In this document: positions 36,854 through 51,220 of the stretch, one piece after another
How positions within the stretch are numbered: the stretch's first letter is position 1
Layout of the letters: every line of letters begins with the position of its first letter
Assembly (NCBI GenBank): GCA_964016885.1
Contig: OZ024746.1
Coordinates: 67,022,001 to 67,086,000, forward strand
Reading direction: 5' to 3'
DNA: 64,000 bases
DNA from: Eledone cirrhosa
Lineage: Eukaryota
Notes under the pieces: model-generated
Databases searched by the model: none
What the model saw: the letters and a program-made list of their open reading frames with translations, nothing else
Told to the model about the DNA's origin: nothing
Program-made: the position numbers and the translations under genes

Positions 36854-38739
36854 ATTATTTATTCAGTGAATATATTAATATGTTTTATTTTAATCTCTGG
36901 AAGTTGGAATAAGCTACCTGCTATACATTGTAATTCAGTTTATGTCATTTCGTTTTGCCACCTATTTTATGTTAAATGATTTCTGATTCTCAGGTTAAGT
37001 GTGAAAAATATTGAAATGGTTTATTTAAATGGCTCTTGTTTCTTAGAACTTCCTTGGGAATATTTAGCACTCCACAAGGTAATAAATCTAACGTAGCTAT
37101 TTACATTTAGGCTTTCTTGCGGGTGTGAGTGAGTGTTGGCAATGTTTAGATTCAGTATCAATTTAAGTTGTGAGATCATAAACTGAATTGCTTTCTTTTA
37201 GAATTTTAACATATGGGCAATATAGAGGATTTCTTGACAGGGAATTGATTGGATAATGAGAGCTTTCACGCAGACGCCATCAATCTTTGCAAAATATAGT
37301 TATGATGTGCCAAAATGAAATATGTAACAGGTGATTAATCTAATATATTCCTGTCAGGTTCAACGTAACATCTCTATGTAAATTTCTCTACTTCATTGGA
37401 AAATGAAATCAATGCAAAAGATTCATTATTGTGAATTTCAAAACATTTAATGAAATGTAAATCAGTGAAATATTAAACTAACTTCTCAAGAAATTACATC
37501 GTTCAGAAGTTGTGTAATTAGAGGACAAACAAACTATGCAGACATATGTAGGATGAACATCACACAACATGACGAAATATTTCAGATTTTTGGCATTAAT
37601 GATTTATCACATACTATTGAATAACTATGTGTGTTCTAGTATCACCTAGAAATATCATTCCTTAGTAGACATAAATACTGGTAGGTTGCATGAAAAAAAA
37701 TATGATGTTTTATTGCATTACTCGCATATCTCAAGTCCTCTCCACAGATAGTATTGACAGTAGGTCTTCCACCTGTAACACGCGTAGCTACTACAAGAAG
37801 CCAATAAGCAAACAATCTGGTAACCTGAAAAATGGGAGAAGTTACAACGTTTAGTACACATCCTTTAAGAGATATATTTTTATCGGCCTATTTATGGTTG
37901 ACAAACTCTACCCTGATCGCAACGTCCGCCCAGAAATATCTTGGAAGAAGTCCAGAAAGAATAATGCCCCAATCAGTTTTAAAGGTCATTCGATCAAACT
38001 TCCTATGGTTATGGCTGTCAATATTGTCTTGCTTCTCCATGTACTATGCTTCAAACTACTCACTTATTATCATAAGAATCTGCTTCTGTCATTTCACTAT
38101 ATTCCCTTACAACGGTACCTAAAACCTCCATTTATGTAATGGCAGACATGATGACCTTAACGCCACCCGCATATGCCGCGGCAGAGATCTCCCGTATACA
38201 AGAGTAAGTATAATGCCTCTCAATCATTTTTGTTTTCGCATGAGTAGCACTAAGTATGTGCATGCGAATGGATGCCACAAATCGGAAAGAACACTCCAAA
38301 TGTTTGTCTAAATAGTTTTCATAGTGGAACATTTAATCTGATCAACGAGGAGAGGTCATTGCATATTAAATGACTCATGTTCTGAAAATGGGACCTAATT
38401 CATCTGATATGATAACAACCTGTAAGTAGAGATTATAATAGAGCAACACGAACTATACACTCAAGAATATTTCAAACGTTTCCTTTATTCAGGGGTTAAT
38501 GCGGGTAATAACCACAGTCTATAGAAGGATATTATAGATTCCTCTAGGAATTATTGGTAAGATACTGGTTCAGTTAATTTAATTCTCCATTTCCATTGTC
38601 CACCAAAGATCAAAACCACAATGAAAACAACAATCATAAATATTTGTACTTGCTTGCTAAGCAAACATTAAGAAAAACATATATGCAGACATATATAGGG
38701 AGTGTGATTGTGATGGCATGCATGCATAAATACATAAAT

Positions 38740-38819
<80 letters not shown>

Positions 38820-39092
38820 GTGTGTGTGTGTATATATATATATGCATATACATAAATGTGTGAGTGTGTGTATATATATATATATATGATATACATATAT
38901 ATATTATATTAGATTGTGTGTGTGTGTTTGTGTGATGCCCTGGATGTCATGCCAATGACAGATATCCAAAACTAAGCTGTATCATCAAATCCTGAGAGAT
39001 TTGATAAAAGAATGAAAAATTTATCTAGAGGATGTATTTATAATGTTAGTTATCATTTCAATCTACGGAATAGAATGTATACATACATACTT

Positions 39093-39169
<77 letters not shown>

Positions 39170-39233
39170 TGTGGGTGTGTGTGTGTGTGTATGTAAATAT
39201 ATATATCATTGTAGACACAGACACACATGTGTG

Positions 39234-39288
<55 letters not shown>

Positions 39289-40996
39289 GCGTATATATTC
39301 TGTAATATACTGTTGAGCGTATGTTTATCGTGCTAAGGTATTTCACTACTTAGCATTATAGACCAAATATAAGAACAAATCCTGTGGGAAATATAGTTTA
39401 CTTTCTTTATGGCAAGAACTAGTTGAAATATTGTATATAAGTTTATATAAAGACTTATATCATAATTGAAAATACTGTGCTGGCTGTAAAAGTGGATTTG
39501 TAATGTCAATTTGTAAAGATTAGATCATTGAATGTAATGATACGTGAAGCACAAATGTATTTAATTGATGAATCCGTGTGTTATCCGGCTTCTTGTAACT
39601 TGAAGAAGAATTGCTTTTGTACTGAAAGTTTTACCGTTCTTATAAAATACTTCATAAAATTAGTGAATGGTGCTATAGCATTTTCATTTCATGTATGTAA
39701 GTGAATGTGAATGGTGTCGATAGTAAAAATACTTTATCTAATAACTTACATTTTGTCTGTGTTACTGTTTAGTTATATAAACTATATTCAGCTTAACCCA
39801 TAGGATTAACAACATATTTCAACACAAATTGGTTATAACGCATCTCCCAGTAAAAGCATATATGTTAACAAATTCATAATTTGATCTTACATGTAATCAA
39901 TTGCATCAAAGTTAGAATAGGAGAGCAACGAAAAACTACAAACTGTGAAAATACTAACAACTGTTCACTGACATATGATCAAAATATATAAGTAAGTATT
40001 GTTTGTGTTTAGACAAGACTTACTTATTCAATCGACCAGTGGTACGTAAATATATGTTCCATTTCCCACACGCACCCCTTTAAATTACTTAGCACCCTCA
40101 TCCCACTTTCAATATTATAACATATTGTATAACTTGAGAAATCCTCTTTAGCCCTACAAAAAAATCAATTTACACCGCCCAACCTTCAGACTTCCACACC
40201 ACGGTAGGAATCTCTGTATCAATGTTTCTTCTTTACAATTAAAAACATTGAAAAAATATATTTCTTTGTCGTTTACCTCTATAGCCAGTTTGAAACTGAA
40301 TATTGTCAATGATTGGTCTATGCTATAAGGGACCTTACCTACACTCCGTATATACTGCCAAAAAAATTAAAAATTGATTTAATTATCGGGCATCTTCATA
40401 TCCTTTTTTTTTATATTCATGTTATTTAAAATTCAAGATAACAAAGAAGGGAAAATAGAATAGAAATTGGCAATATGGTTCTTTGAAATAATTCATACTT
40501 TTAATTAGAAAAATAAATGAATACTTACTTTGTATCTCAGTGTAATATTAACATCATTGTAAATATAGCATATTAGTATGTACACATCAAACAGGCCTTA
40601 CATTTAAAGGTGCATGCAATCATGCCAGCATACTGCATATACTTAGAGAGGACACTACGTAGAATATATAAACAATTTCGATCAGTATCTATTTTCTTTG
40701 TTGTCCTATCTGCGCTTCAATAAAATCGAACAATACATTGAATCTCTGATGTTAAAATTTCAATTGTTCTGTTAGGAGAAAATTTACGTTATGATTAATT
40801 AAATTCTGCGCATCATAGAAATCAATTCTCTAGTCTTAGATATATTGACGAAAATGTCGTGAATACATGTTCAATTTAAAATAGTGTAGCCTTCATTATT
40901 ATGATTGCTGACTAAAAATCTGTGTGTATATATATATATATTTATTTATACACACATACACATATATGTGTGTGTATTTCCTCTTTCCTTTCCCCA

Positions 40997-41118
<122 letters not shown>

Positions 41119-41146
41119 CGTGTGTGTGTGTGTGTGTGCGTGTGGG

Positions 41147-41177
<31 letters not shown>

Positions 41178-41200
41178 GTGCGTTTGTGTGTGGGTGTCAG

Positions 41201-41233
<33 letters not shown>

Positions 41234-41985
41234 ATATATGTATGTATATATATGAGATACACAAAGCGATGGATGTTTGTAAGAATGAATTCATGAATAT
41301 ATACATACACGGCGTTTCCTTTTAGTTTTTCAAAGATAAGAATTCTTTTCAAGTTGATCGTGTATGTAATCGATATTTATACGTGGTCATTCCTTGAAAT
41401 TTCACATCATTTAACTACTTTGGTGGAGATCTGAAAGGTAAAGAGCTACAAAATCTGCTTTTAATACTAAGTGAATTTTCAAAGGCTAGCAAGTTTGTTA
41501 TTTTGGCGTAAAGCCAAGTTTGAAGTTGAGTTAGTTGTCAGTAATGAAATATATCCGTTGCTAGTGTTTTCATTTTTCTCCTATTTCTTTTACTTGGGAT
41601 AGATATGTTAGGTGGTGACTAAACAAGATATGAATTATCTATAGAACAGTGAACTGACAGTTCAACATTTTGCTTTTATATAAAAACCACGTAGTACTAA
41701 ATTAAAATAAACAAATGTTTATATCATTAGTTTATTTCAAGCAAGCAAGATGAATGCAGTAATAATAAATGATGTTATTGCACTAAATTCAGACATAATT
41801 TCTCAGCGATTTTAGACTGTATGTTTTAAACAAGGAATGAATAGAAAAATGTACAGTGTTGAAATATTTCATAATCACCAAATTATTTTCTACGTTAACA
41901 AATGTAGTCCAATTTTTTTTCAGTTCCTTAACTGCACCCAACTTAACGAATCATGTGCACGTTTTATCGTATACACACACACACA

Positions 41986-42048
<63 letters not shown>

Positions 42049-42737
42049 ATAGGGAGAAAAAGACGATTATTAGGAAGAAAAATTTTTTTTTTTTTTTTTT
42101 TTTCTCTTTTTTCTGGGTTAGAAAATGTTTAAAACAAAGTATTTTACTTTGTGTGAAGTGTTAAGGTATTAGTTAATTTATTAGTTAATGGCATTTATTT
42201 ATTTATTTATTTATATATTTAATAATTGTCTATAGTTCTTGAGAATAAGCAGTTCAAAATGTGTTATTATGGCAAGAGCGCTTAGTTGATCCATGATGGA
42301 GGCAAATGGTAGTCTGGGGTTTGATATGATTACACTTTTCAGAGAGTTAGTATGCAGGGGGAGGTAATTCAGGGTGGTCAGGTAGGGGAGAGAGACATGA
42401 GAGGGGGTAATTCATTTATATAAAAGGATTAGGTAGGGTGTTAGGGAGGTAACTCTTTAGAGAACTAGGAATTTGGTTTTGATTCATGGTTCGTTCCAGT
42501 TTTAGTCCGAAGTTTAGTCCATTAAGTAGAGATTGGAATTTGTTTTATATATATGAATTTGAGTGTATGTTGGTTGGTTACCGACACTTCAGTATGCAGG
42601 GTAGGGCACTCAGTGAAGTCCGCATGTGGGTCTGTTTACTCCGGGGTAATTTAAAAACAAGAAGTGTATGACAAGTGTATGACAACAGGTTAAAATATTT
42701 TAGCTTCAGACATAGCTGTATACAAATATGTATAGAA

Positions 42738-42944
42738 ATTTCGTATTTCTAAAGAAACATGGTTTTAGGAGACCGTAGCTATGCAAACACCGGGGCTAAC
42801 GCCCTCTGCTGGCATCTTGACTGAGGAAGACCAGTCAAGTGTGAAATGCATAGACGTATGTCCCCCTTGCTTCTGTTGGAAACCACCAGAGGGCCTTATC
42901 TCCGGTGTTTGCATAGCTTGGCTACGGCCTCCTAATACGAAATG
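42738..42944. repeat. Inverted repeat enclosing a degenerate hammerhead-like motif (probable PLE end)
   Basis: Arms at about 42768-42812 and 42883-42935. The spacer contains ctgagga-agacc...gaaa. Flanked by (TA)n. Confidence 0.55.
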
Positions 42945-42967
42945 TATATATATATATATATATATAT

Positions 42968-43628
42968 AAATGGAAAAGAATGAAACGAAATTTCATTTCA
43001 TTTCTCACTCTTAGTGCGGCTGACACTTAAATGTAAGTATGTATGTATACGTACATACATATATGTATACAGACGTACAGTAGTATGTATATATATACAT
43101 ACATGCACACATATATATATATGTACGTATGGCTTTACCGAACATTTATTATAATGTTCGGTTTGTTTGTTTGTAAACAATCAAACAGCCCGAATTACGC
43201 CGTTCAGCGTTCAGGCAACCATCGTCGCCCCTTTGTTCAACACTGACACAGGAACGATGCACTAGTTTCAAGCTTATTAGCTATAGTCAGCATCGTATAC
43301 CTTCCTGCCAGATGATTGAACGGCTGAAAGTATATACTTTCCTTATGCATATTAACGGCTGAGCAGCCTAATTTGCATATCGAGGGAGTTAGTCGGCCGG
43401 GCGCACCGAAAACGATAAATGGAGAAGAATGAAACGAAATTTCATTTCATTTCTCACTCTTAGTACGGCTGACACTTAAATGTAAGTATGTATGTATACG
43501 TACATACATATATGTATACAGACGTACAGTAGTATGTATATATATACATACATGCACACATATATATATGTACGTATGGGTTTACCAAACATTTATTATA
43601 ATGTTCCGTTTGTTTGTTTGTAAACAAA
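42968..43628 (-). mobile_element. Tandem PLE-like pseudo-LTRs (1.5 units) with a mutated hammerhead at 43249-43307
   Basis: 42968-43353 and 43417-43628 are direct repeats homologous to 4181-4563. The hammerhead core here reads CTGACTA and the cleavage triplet GTG. Confidence 0.7.
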
Positions 43629-44474
43629 TGTGCCGAGTAGAGTTTTGATGTGTCTGTGGACTTTGGCTTTCTGGCAAGCAATGCAGCTCCTGGACCAGTC
43701 ACGCACGCCCTTGTTAATGTTAGTCCACATAAAACGAGCAGAGATGAGTTTCTGTGTAGCCAGGATTCCCGGGTGAGACAAGCAGTGTAAAGCAGAAACA
43801 AACTTGTCCACGATGCATCTGTGGTACGTACGGTCGTTCATGACCGGTAGAAAGGTCGCACCAAATTTGTCCCGGAGAAGAAGGAATGGGAACTTGCTGA
43901 AACTTGAGGGATGGCGAATCTCGGAGCTTGATAAACTCTTCGTCAGTCTCTTGGTCAGCTGCGATCTGTTGAAAGTCGATGCCTGAATGCACATGTATTG
44001 CGTTCAGCTGGATTCAAGGCAGGGCGTCGGCTATTACGTTGTCTGATCCCTTGATATGCCGAATATCAGTTGAATATTGGGAGACAAAATCCAGGTGGCG
44101 GAGTTCTCTTGGTGAATGTCGATCAGGTTTGGTACGGAACGCATAAACTAGTGGTTTATGGTCCGTGTAGATCACGAAATCCGATCCTTCGAGCATGTGA
44201 CGAACATTTTTAACCGAAAGGTAGGTTGCCAAGAGTTCGCGGCCAAACGTACTGTATTTGGTTTCTGCAGGTTGCAACCGCTTAGAAAAGAAGTATAAGG
44301 GTTGCCAAACGCCGTCGACATGTTGTAAAATGCCTCCAACCCCCGTGTCTGATGCGTCCACTAGCAGCGAAAGAGGAGCGACAGATCTGGGGAAAACGAG
44401 CATGGAAGCGTTTGCCAACATTTCCTTCAGGCGGTTAAAAGATATTAATTCTTCCTCGTTCAGAGTGATGTCTA
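43629..44474 (-). mobile_element. Ty3/Gypsy pol fragment (RNase H + integrase zinc-binding domain)
   Basis: LVDASDTGVGG, YSTFGRELLA, IYTDHKPL, GSDNVIADAL, and LSHPG...SCIACQ (HHCC). Confidence 0.92.
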
Positions 44475-45710
44475 TATAAGGAAAAGAAATGCAACTTTAG
44501 TTTTTTTAAGAATATTTATTTATTTCCTTTACTGGTTTCACAGTCCTAATGCTTTTGAAAGGTAATTGAGATCGATGGTTTGGAATGTTCATATATCTGG
44601 ACATAGAAGTATGCCATGACTGTGTTAGAGTAAGTTGGAACGACTTGTGTACGCATTGCATTCCCCGATATTTGTTTGTAAGTGTTTCCATCGAAATAAA
44701 AGAAGTTGTTTTGTAAAATGAATTTTAATCCCTCGTTGATCAAGCTTTTTTCTAATCTTTCTGGGATCTCATTTGACTATATTTCTAGCCAGTATCCTAT
44801 TGCTTCGAGTCCGTAATGGTATGGTATCGTCTTGTAGAGGTGCACTACATCGAAAGATACAATGATAGTGTCGTTGTTGACATGTGTGGGGAGGTGGTTT
44901 AAGAGGCCCAGTTGGTCTCTTACAAAGCTTGGTATGTGTTTGAGAATTGGTTTTAGTAGCATGTCTATAAGGTCGCTCAGGCTATGTGTTTCACATTGTG
45001 GGCCCGCTACAATTGGTCTTAATTTAAGGTCAGTGGGGTGTTGTATGTTTACGCAGGTTGGGGCGGATTCTTTACAGGTATCATTAATTGCTTTACGCTT
45101 GTGGATGTTCGGAAGTCTGGAACGGTTGCTGGTTTTGCATTCAATATCTACTAAATAATCGCGTTCATTTTTAGTTAAGTCTTCCTGATATTGACAATTG
45201 AATGCGTTTAATCTGGTCATCGTTTTTGATTGATGGTAGTTGTTCACTCTTTCATAGTAGTTAGTGTCTTGTAAGAAAAATAATATAGATTTTTTTTTTA
45301 GAGGAAGACGTCAGTGCTTCCTTTATCCGCTTCCTTAATTATAATGTCAGTATTGTTTTTTAATCTCCCACTCCCTTCGACTCGTGTTTAGTTTTGGTAT
45401 AGCTTGTTGTAGTTCATTGTATGGGTAAGTTGATTTGTAGTCTCAAAATTTGTCCAATTCTTTGTTCCTGTCCTTTGTTGGCTTGTAGCGGCATTTATTC
45501 CGTACAACTGATTCATCGCTATTCTCCTTGTCAACATATTCCTGTTTGACGTAATTACCTACAGAAGTGTGAAATATCGTCGTGTATCTCATTGAGGTTA
45601 GCGTATTGTGGTGTTGGTGTGAATTTCAGTCCTTTTGAGAGAATTTTAATTTGTTGAGTTAAGAAGTTTGTAATTGAAAGGTTGTTTCAAAATCGGTTTG
45701 TGCCTCCGAG
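44475..45710 (-). mobile_element. Penelope-like element reverse transcriptase, degenerate and 3'-truncated
   Basis: ILSKGLKFTPTP, IIIKEADKG, LRPIVAG, SFDVVHLYKTIP, NNFFYFDGNTYKQISGNAM. Confidence 0.9.
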
Positions 45711-45785
45711 TGTCACGGGTCTTATCTATCCATCTATCTATCTAGCTAGTTAGCTAGCTAGCTAGATATCTCTCTCTCTCTCTCG

Positions 45786-45930
<145 letters not shown>

Positions 45931-45964
45931 GAAAGCGAGAGAAAGAGAGATAGAGATAAATAGA

Positions 45965-46006
<42 letters not shown>

Positions 46007-46624
46007 GTTTAACATGAGTTTGTATGTATGTGTTACATCTGTTCCAGTGCATATCAATATATGATACTTTATAAGTAACTAACACACATACACATATTTA
46101 CCGAAATGTTATTATCTGAAAAACCAGCACATTCCCTACAGCAAATTCGATTTATATTATGCAGCATACATATATGATATATTACTCCATCCAAACCATC
46201 AGCAAATGTTTATTAATCGAATATGATAAAGGTTTCGTAATTTTTTGCTGTTTCTCCTCTATATGCTTGTTTGCACGAATATTTCTTCGGGTCATTTTTA
46301 CATATAGTTGTTTTCGAAAACCACCGAAGACTAAACTAAATACGTTAGAGTTATTACCTTGTTTTATTCACCATGTGTTCAAATCCTGTCAACCTCTATT
46401 ACATTATTAATGTCATTTTTCATTTTACCATTTATTCTACTCAATGGTTAGACTACAAAAACTTACCAGTCTGATGAACTGGAAGTAATAGTGAGGTATA
46501 TCACACCACACAGACACACACGCACATACAAATACGCACACACACACACAAACACACAAGCGCGCACACACAAATACGCACACACACACTCTCACACACA
46601 CACATATAGATATATATATGTATG

Positions 46625-46699
<75 letters not shown>

Positions 46700-46861
46700 C
46701 TCTTTTACCTGTTTCATCCATCCGGCTGAGGCCATGCTAGGGCATTTATTAAAATAACAGATTAAAGTTTAAGCAAAGAATCGCTGCTTTCACCCTTAAC
46801 GGGATCTTCTGAAACTATCGAGCCCTCTTTGGATTTTAGTCTTCAATTTTATTATTATTAC

Positions 46862-46892
<31 letters not shown>

Positions 46893-46952
46893 TTGTGTGT
46901 GTGTATAGGTGTGTATTTATATATATATATACACACACACACATATATATAT

Positions 46953-46990
<38 letters not shown>

Positions 46991-46998
<8 letters not shown>

Positions 46999-47089
46999 AA
47001 GAGGAATGTGTGTGTGGGGGAGGGGTATAAGTGTGTATTTATATATATATATATATAGACACACAGATATATATATATGTATATATATG

Positions 47090-47176
<87 letters not shown>

Positions 47177-47244
47177 GTTTGTGTATATATATATAAATAC
47201 ACACCTATACACCCCCTCCCCCCACACACACTCCCCTTTCTCTC

Positions 47245-47292
<48 letters not shown>

Positions 47293-47310
47293 GAGAGAAA
47301 GAGGAGTGTA
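46991..47310. repeat. Short unit in direct and inverted orientation embedded in (TA)n
   Basis: atgagagaaagagga... at 46991 and 47291, with an inverted copy at about 47192-47247. Confidence 0.75.
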
Positions 47311-47656
47311 TAGAAAATTGTTTGGATGTATGAGAGTATTTAAATTCATCCTTTCAGATGGACACTTCATATCCCACCAAATCCTTTAATCTCAGGATAA
47401 TGTTGTCAACAGTAATATACCACCATTGATTTAATTAATTAGTTCTTCCTTTACACGGACTAGTAAAGAATCTGAGGTGATAAACAGCATCTATTTGTTT
47501 TGGAAGTTATATATGTGAAAGATAAATAGAGAGACAGACAAATAAATGGAGACACAAACAGTCAGAGTGATAGATAGGTACGTAGAAAGATAAATAGATA
47601 GATAGATGGATGGATAGAGAGATAGAGAGATGGAGGGATGGATAAATAGATATTTA

Positions 47657-47689
<33 letters not shown>

Positions 47690-48229
47690 GTGCGTGTGTG
47701 TATGTGTGTGTGTGTGTCTCTCTGTGTGTGTGTATGTATACATGTCATCAGGAGAGTGCTTCTTCTGCTCTCTACTGGAACCTGAACAGGCGAGTATATA
47801 TATAGTTGTTTCGCCTGTGTAGCTGGGCTGATTAGCTTCATTTACATATGACGCTGTATAAGTTGGGGCTTTCAAAATGTTTATTTATTAAACATACCGT
47901 ATATCTTTAGATATACGGTATTCACATTGATATATTTATGCTGAAGGTTAATTTTAATTTCTCGCCGTTAGTTTAGATTTAGCAAATTTTCCCCTACTAC
48001 CCACCCACGAACTAAATGAATCGCTTAAATACATTAACGGTAACTCCAACCATAAAAACAACATTAAAAATAAGCTAGTTAGAGCCGTATCCCTTAGAAG
48101 GTAGTGTTTTTCAGTCAATGAAGACATCTTTAGAGCATCCGCCTCAACTACAATGACACCCTAGCTCGCAGTGTCTTTCGGGACAAGATTAACTAAATAG
48201 ACAGCACACCCAGACCCCGTAACAGAAAT

Positions 48230-48480
48230 AGACGCAGCCAGATTAGTTGGTAACCAATAGATAGGATCTTCTATAAATTATTAAACAAGCACTTCACCAC
48301 TCAATTCAAGCACTATACTATCTTTAACATGAACTCTATTAGATGTTGCTACTCAACAACAGCTAGTAACATAGCCAACTTAAACATCTCTAACTTAAAT
48401 AAATCAGCAATTTTCGAAACCCACACCCGAAATGAAGTACGGTGCAACTGCCCAAACAAGGATACCTCGACTGGAAAAAA
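48230..48480 (+). mobile_element. Degenerate PLE fragment (Cys-containing linker between RT and GIY-YIG)
   Basis: RIFYKLLNKHF...IFNMNSIRCCYS...CNCPNKD resembles the PLE pattern FL.L.DKHF...IFNRNT.K.SYSC...CNC. Confidence 0.6.
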
Positions 48481-48576
48481 ACGAAATTTTGATCAGCTAA
48501 TGATAACTAAAACCCCTTCCTCTAAAAACGCACTAGCGTCGCTAATAACATTTAAGATATATTAATTAGGATAATT

Positions 48577-48763
48577 AGGGCGGTGGATTGGCAGTATCGG
48601 TAGAGGGTTGGACGCCATGCTTTCCAGCATAGTTACGTCCCTTTACGATCTGAGTTCAAATCCCGCCGAGGTTGACTTTGCCTTTCATCCTTACGGGGGT
48701 CGATAAAATAAAGTACCAGTGATGCACTGGGTAATTGCTGGCCTTGTGCCTTATGTAGAAACA
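48577..48763 (+). mobile_element. SINE S1 with 15-bp TSD
   Basis: TSD attaattaggataat at 48561-48575 and 48764-48778. Confidence 0.9.
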
Positions 48764-49649
48764 ATTAATTAGGATAATCCTAGCTATAGATTGTCCGACT
48801 TAAATACAAGAGATATCTGCTTGGAATAACTTTGATCATATCATAGGATGATAGCATAGGTCTACTGCATTAAAACTGACCTATGTCTAAACAATAAGGA
48901 CAACAATAGCAACACCATCACCAACAGCGATATTATCTCCTTCAAGTGAACACAAAGATGAATTGTAGAATAGACATAACATCGCCGAAAAATAGTTTTC
49001 AATATTCGATTGTCTTTCTTCATCCGCGTTTATTAATCTTCGAATCATTGTAGATCTAATTAAACATTTAGAATGAAAAGACCATCATAATTGTTGTTGT
49101 TGTTTTTGTTGGTGGTGGTGTTGATGGTAGCGATAGAAGTATCAGTGGTATTAGTGTTGGTGTTATTTCAGTTATTTTGGAGTGATGGCTGTTGTAATGG
49201 CGTTGGTGATGAAGGCGACGGTGGTTTGATCGAACAGACGTATGATCAAACGTATCCCAACCATGGCGATTTCATAATTTATGACCACGTACAAGATTAT
49301 ATCATTCAATATATAATTTCTTTATTCACGAGGGAGCAATTTGGGGAAGAGTTCCTTGTTATTTCTAACAAGTCGAGCAAATAAGCATCATATATCTTGC
49401 TGACACTCGATTAATAACATTAAAATCACATTCTTAAAGCAGAGCTGGCCAACATTCAACGTTCTATCCGTAATGTTTCGAAACCATATATAGTTTCACT
49501 GTTTTAAATAATGATCAAAACAAGCATTGATGTATATTTGACGTGAAGTGATATTTTATATTTCCAGGGCCTAAATACAATACTTCCGACAATATTCCGA
49601 CAATATTCCCCAGAATGGTGATGATGAACAACCGAAATCTCGTAAAAAG

Positions 49650-51220
49650 AAACAATCTGTTCCCCTTGAATATTAAGTCAGAAAGTGTCGCATTGCGTAT
49701 GAATTTCAGCTACTTAGCTTCAAAATGTGGAACAACACTATCATTGACTTTTATAAATTTATAGAGATTTAGATATTTTTACATGAGATGAAAACTATTT
49801 TATAGGAAAACAACCTAACATTAGCTTTTTAATGAGACATTTGATCATGATTTTATTTTGCCAAGATTTAAAGTTTAAATTTAAAATAGTAACTAAAAAC
49901 AGCAGAGAATTCCTTAGTGTTTAATTAGTGGATTTTGACCTTGCTTTGCTATTATTCTTTTTTATTAATTTCATGGATGAAAACGAATTTCAGATTAGTA
50001 CGTCGTTCTGGTAAACGTTATCCGGGTTATGATTATTCGAAATGAATCATGTCAACATGTTTTGGAATTGAGTGAATCTCCTGAAATTTCACTTTCAATA
50101 AATGAATTCGTTTTAACATCAATACGTTTCATGTATATGTTGCTATGCATCTTCATGATTTTGTGTTAACTAAGTGAAATTAGTTTTATATATACAAGTG
50201 TGCAATTTTCGTTACCAAAATACTGAAAACGGCTTTCACATTATTATTTCAATATATTTTGAAACATACCCATCATTCTCAGTGTATACAATATGTTCAT
50301 TTAAACACAGATTTTCATGTTTTAAACCCTGCTATAATTGTATTCAGCCATGACACGACTCTTAACATAGCACGCTGCAAAGTTCATATTTTGCCACACA
50401 ACGACTCATGTGATGCAATACAGGAATGTTTTAGTGGAGGACGATCTACATTTTTTCAAGTAAATATTTTGTCCCCTCAACGCTTCCACCGTCAGAACAA
50501 ATACTAATTAATTTATTTCCCTTATTTGTGTATTTATTTATGTATTTATTTATTTATGTATTTATTTAATTGTCTTGATATTATGTTTTCTTCTCTTGTG
50601 CCTTCTGTGAAGAGACTCAAGACATAGAAGTGCTTCACAAAAACTAAACTTGTTATCAATTCACCTTCAAACAATGTTTACCCTGGCTTTATTAAATATG
50701 TCCCTGGAGTCGGTGAAAGCTAAAAATAAGAAATTGCAACCTTGGATAATGTCTTTCAGCTGTCAAGACACATCATCAGAGAGTTTTTCGACGTGTTATG
50801 CAAATGATAGTTTTGACAGTGTAATTACGTTTACTTTTTTTGTCATTTTTTTATCAAGATATTTCACACATATTTGAAGAAAAACCAAACAATTTCTTTT
50901 CAATCAGAAAAGGGGTTGTAATTTTGGCGATCAATGCTAAAGTTATCTTGTAGGATCTTTCTTACATCGCCAAATTTTCATAACCTATAACAAATATATA
51001 TTGTCTTCTGTTGAATTCTTTTTTTTTTCTTTACAACAATTCTCCCCCTAACCTGGACGTTGTGATTTTAGTGTCTATTAAGACCGTATATCCTATTATG
51101 TGAAAGAACGGATTTCTTGAAGAATCAGATGAAAATAAAAAAATTCGACTTACCATTGTTCATTGAATTCCTGCTTACTATCACTTTCTGCGTTTTTTCT
51201 TTTTAACTGAGATGAGCTGT
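49650..51220 (-). pseudogene. Fossil hAT transposase (SPIN/Buster/GTF2IRD2-like), not visible in the ORF track
   Basis: Manual translation across stops and frameshifts gives, in the expected order: KRK..FNEQW, PFSD, ITLSK..HVEKLSDDVS*QLKD..FLAFTDSRD, EALLCLESLH, KLISICSDG, HSCIASHESLCGK. Confidence 0.7.

Noticed and set aside
37700-38420. Moderately GC-richer unique region with acceptor-like sites on the minus strand (about 37826 and 38420)
   Set aside because: Downstream frames are short with no recognisable protein, so an exon cannot be supported without transcripts.
46470-46495. ctgatga motif (also near 19958 and 57673)
   Set aside because: No properly placed stem II plus GAAA, so it is not called as a hammerhead.
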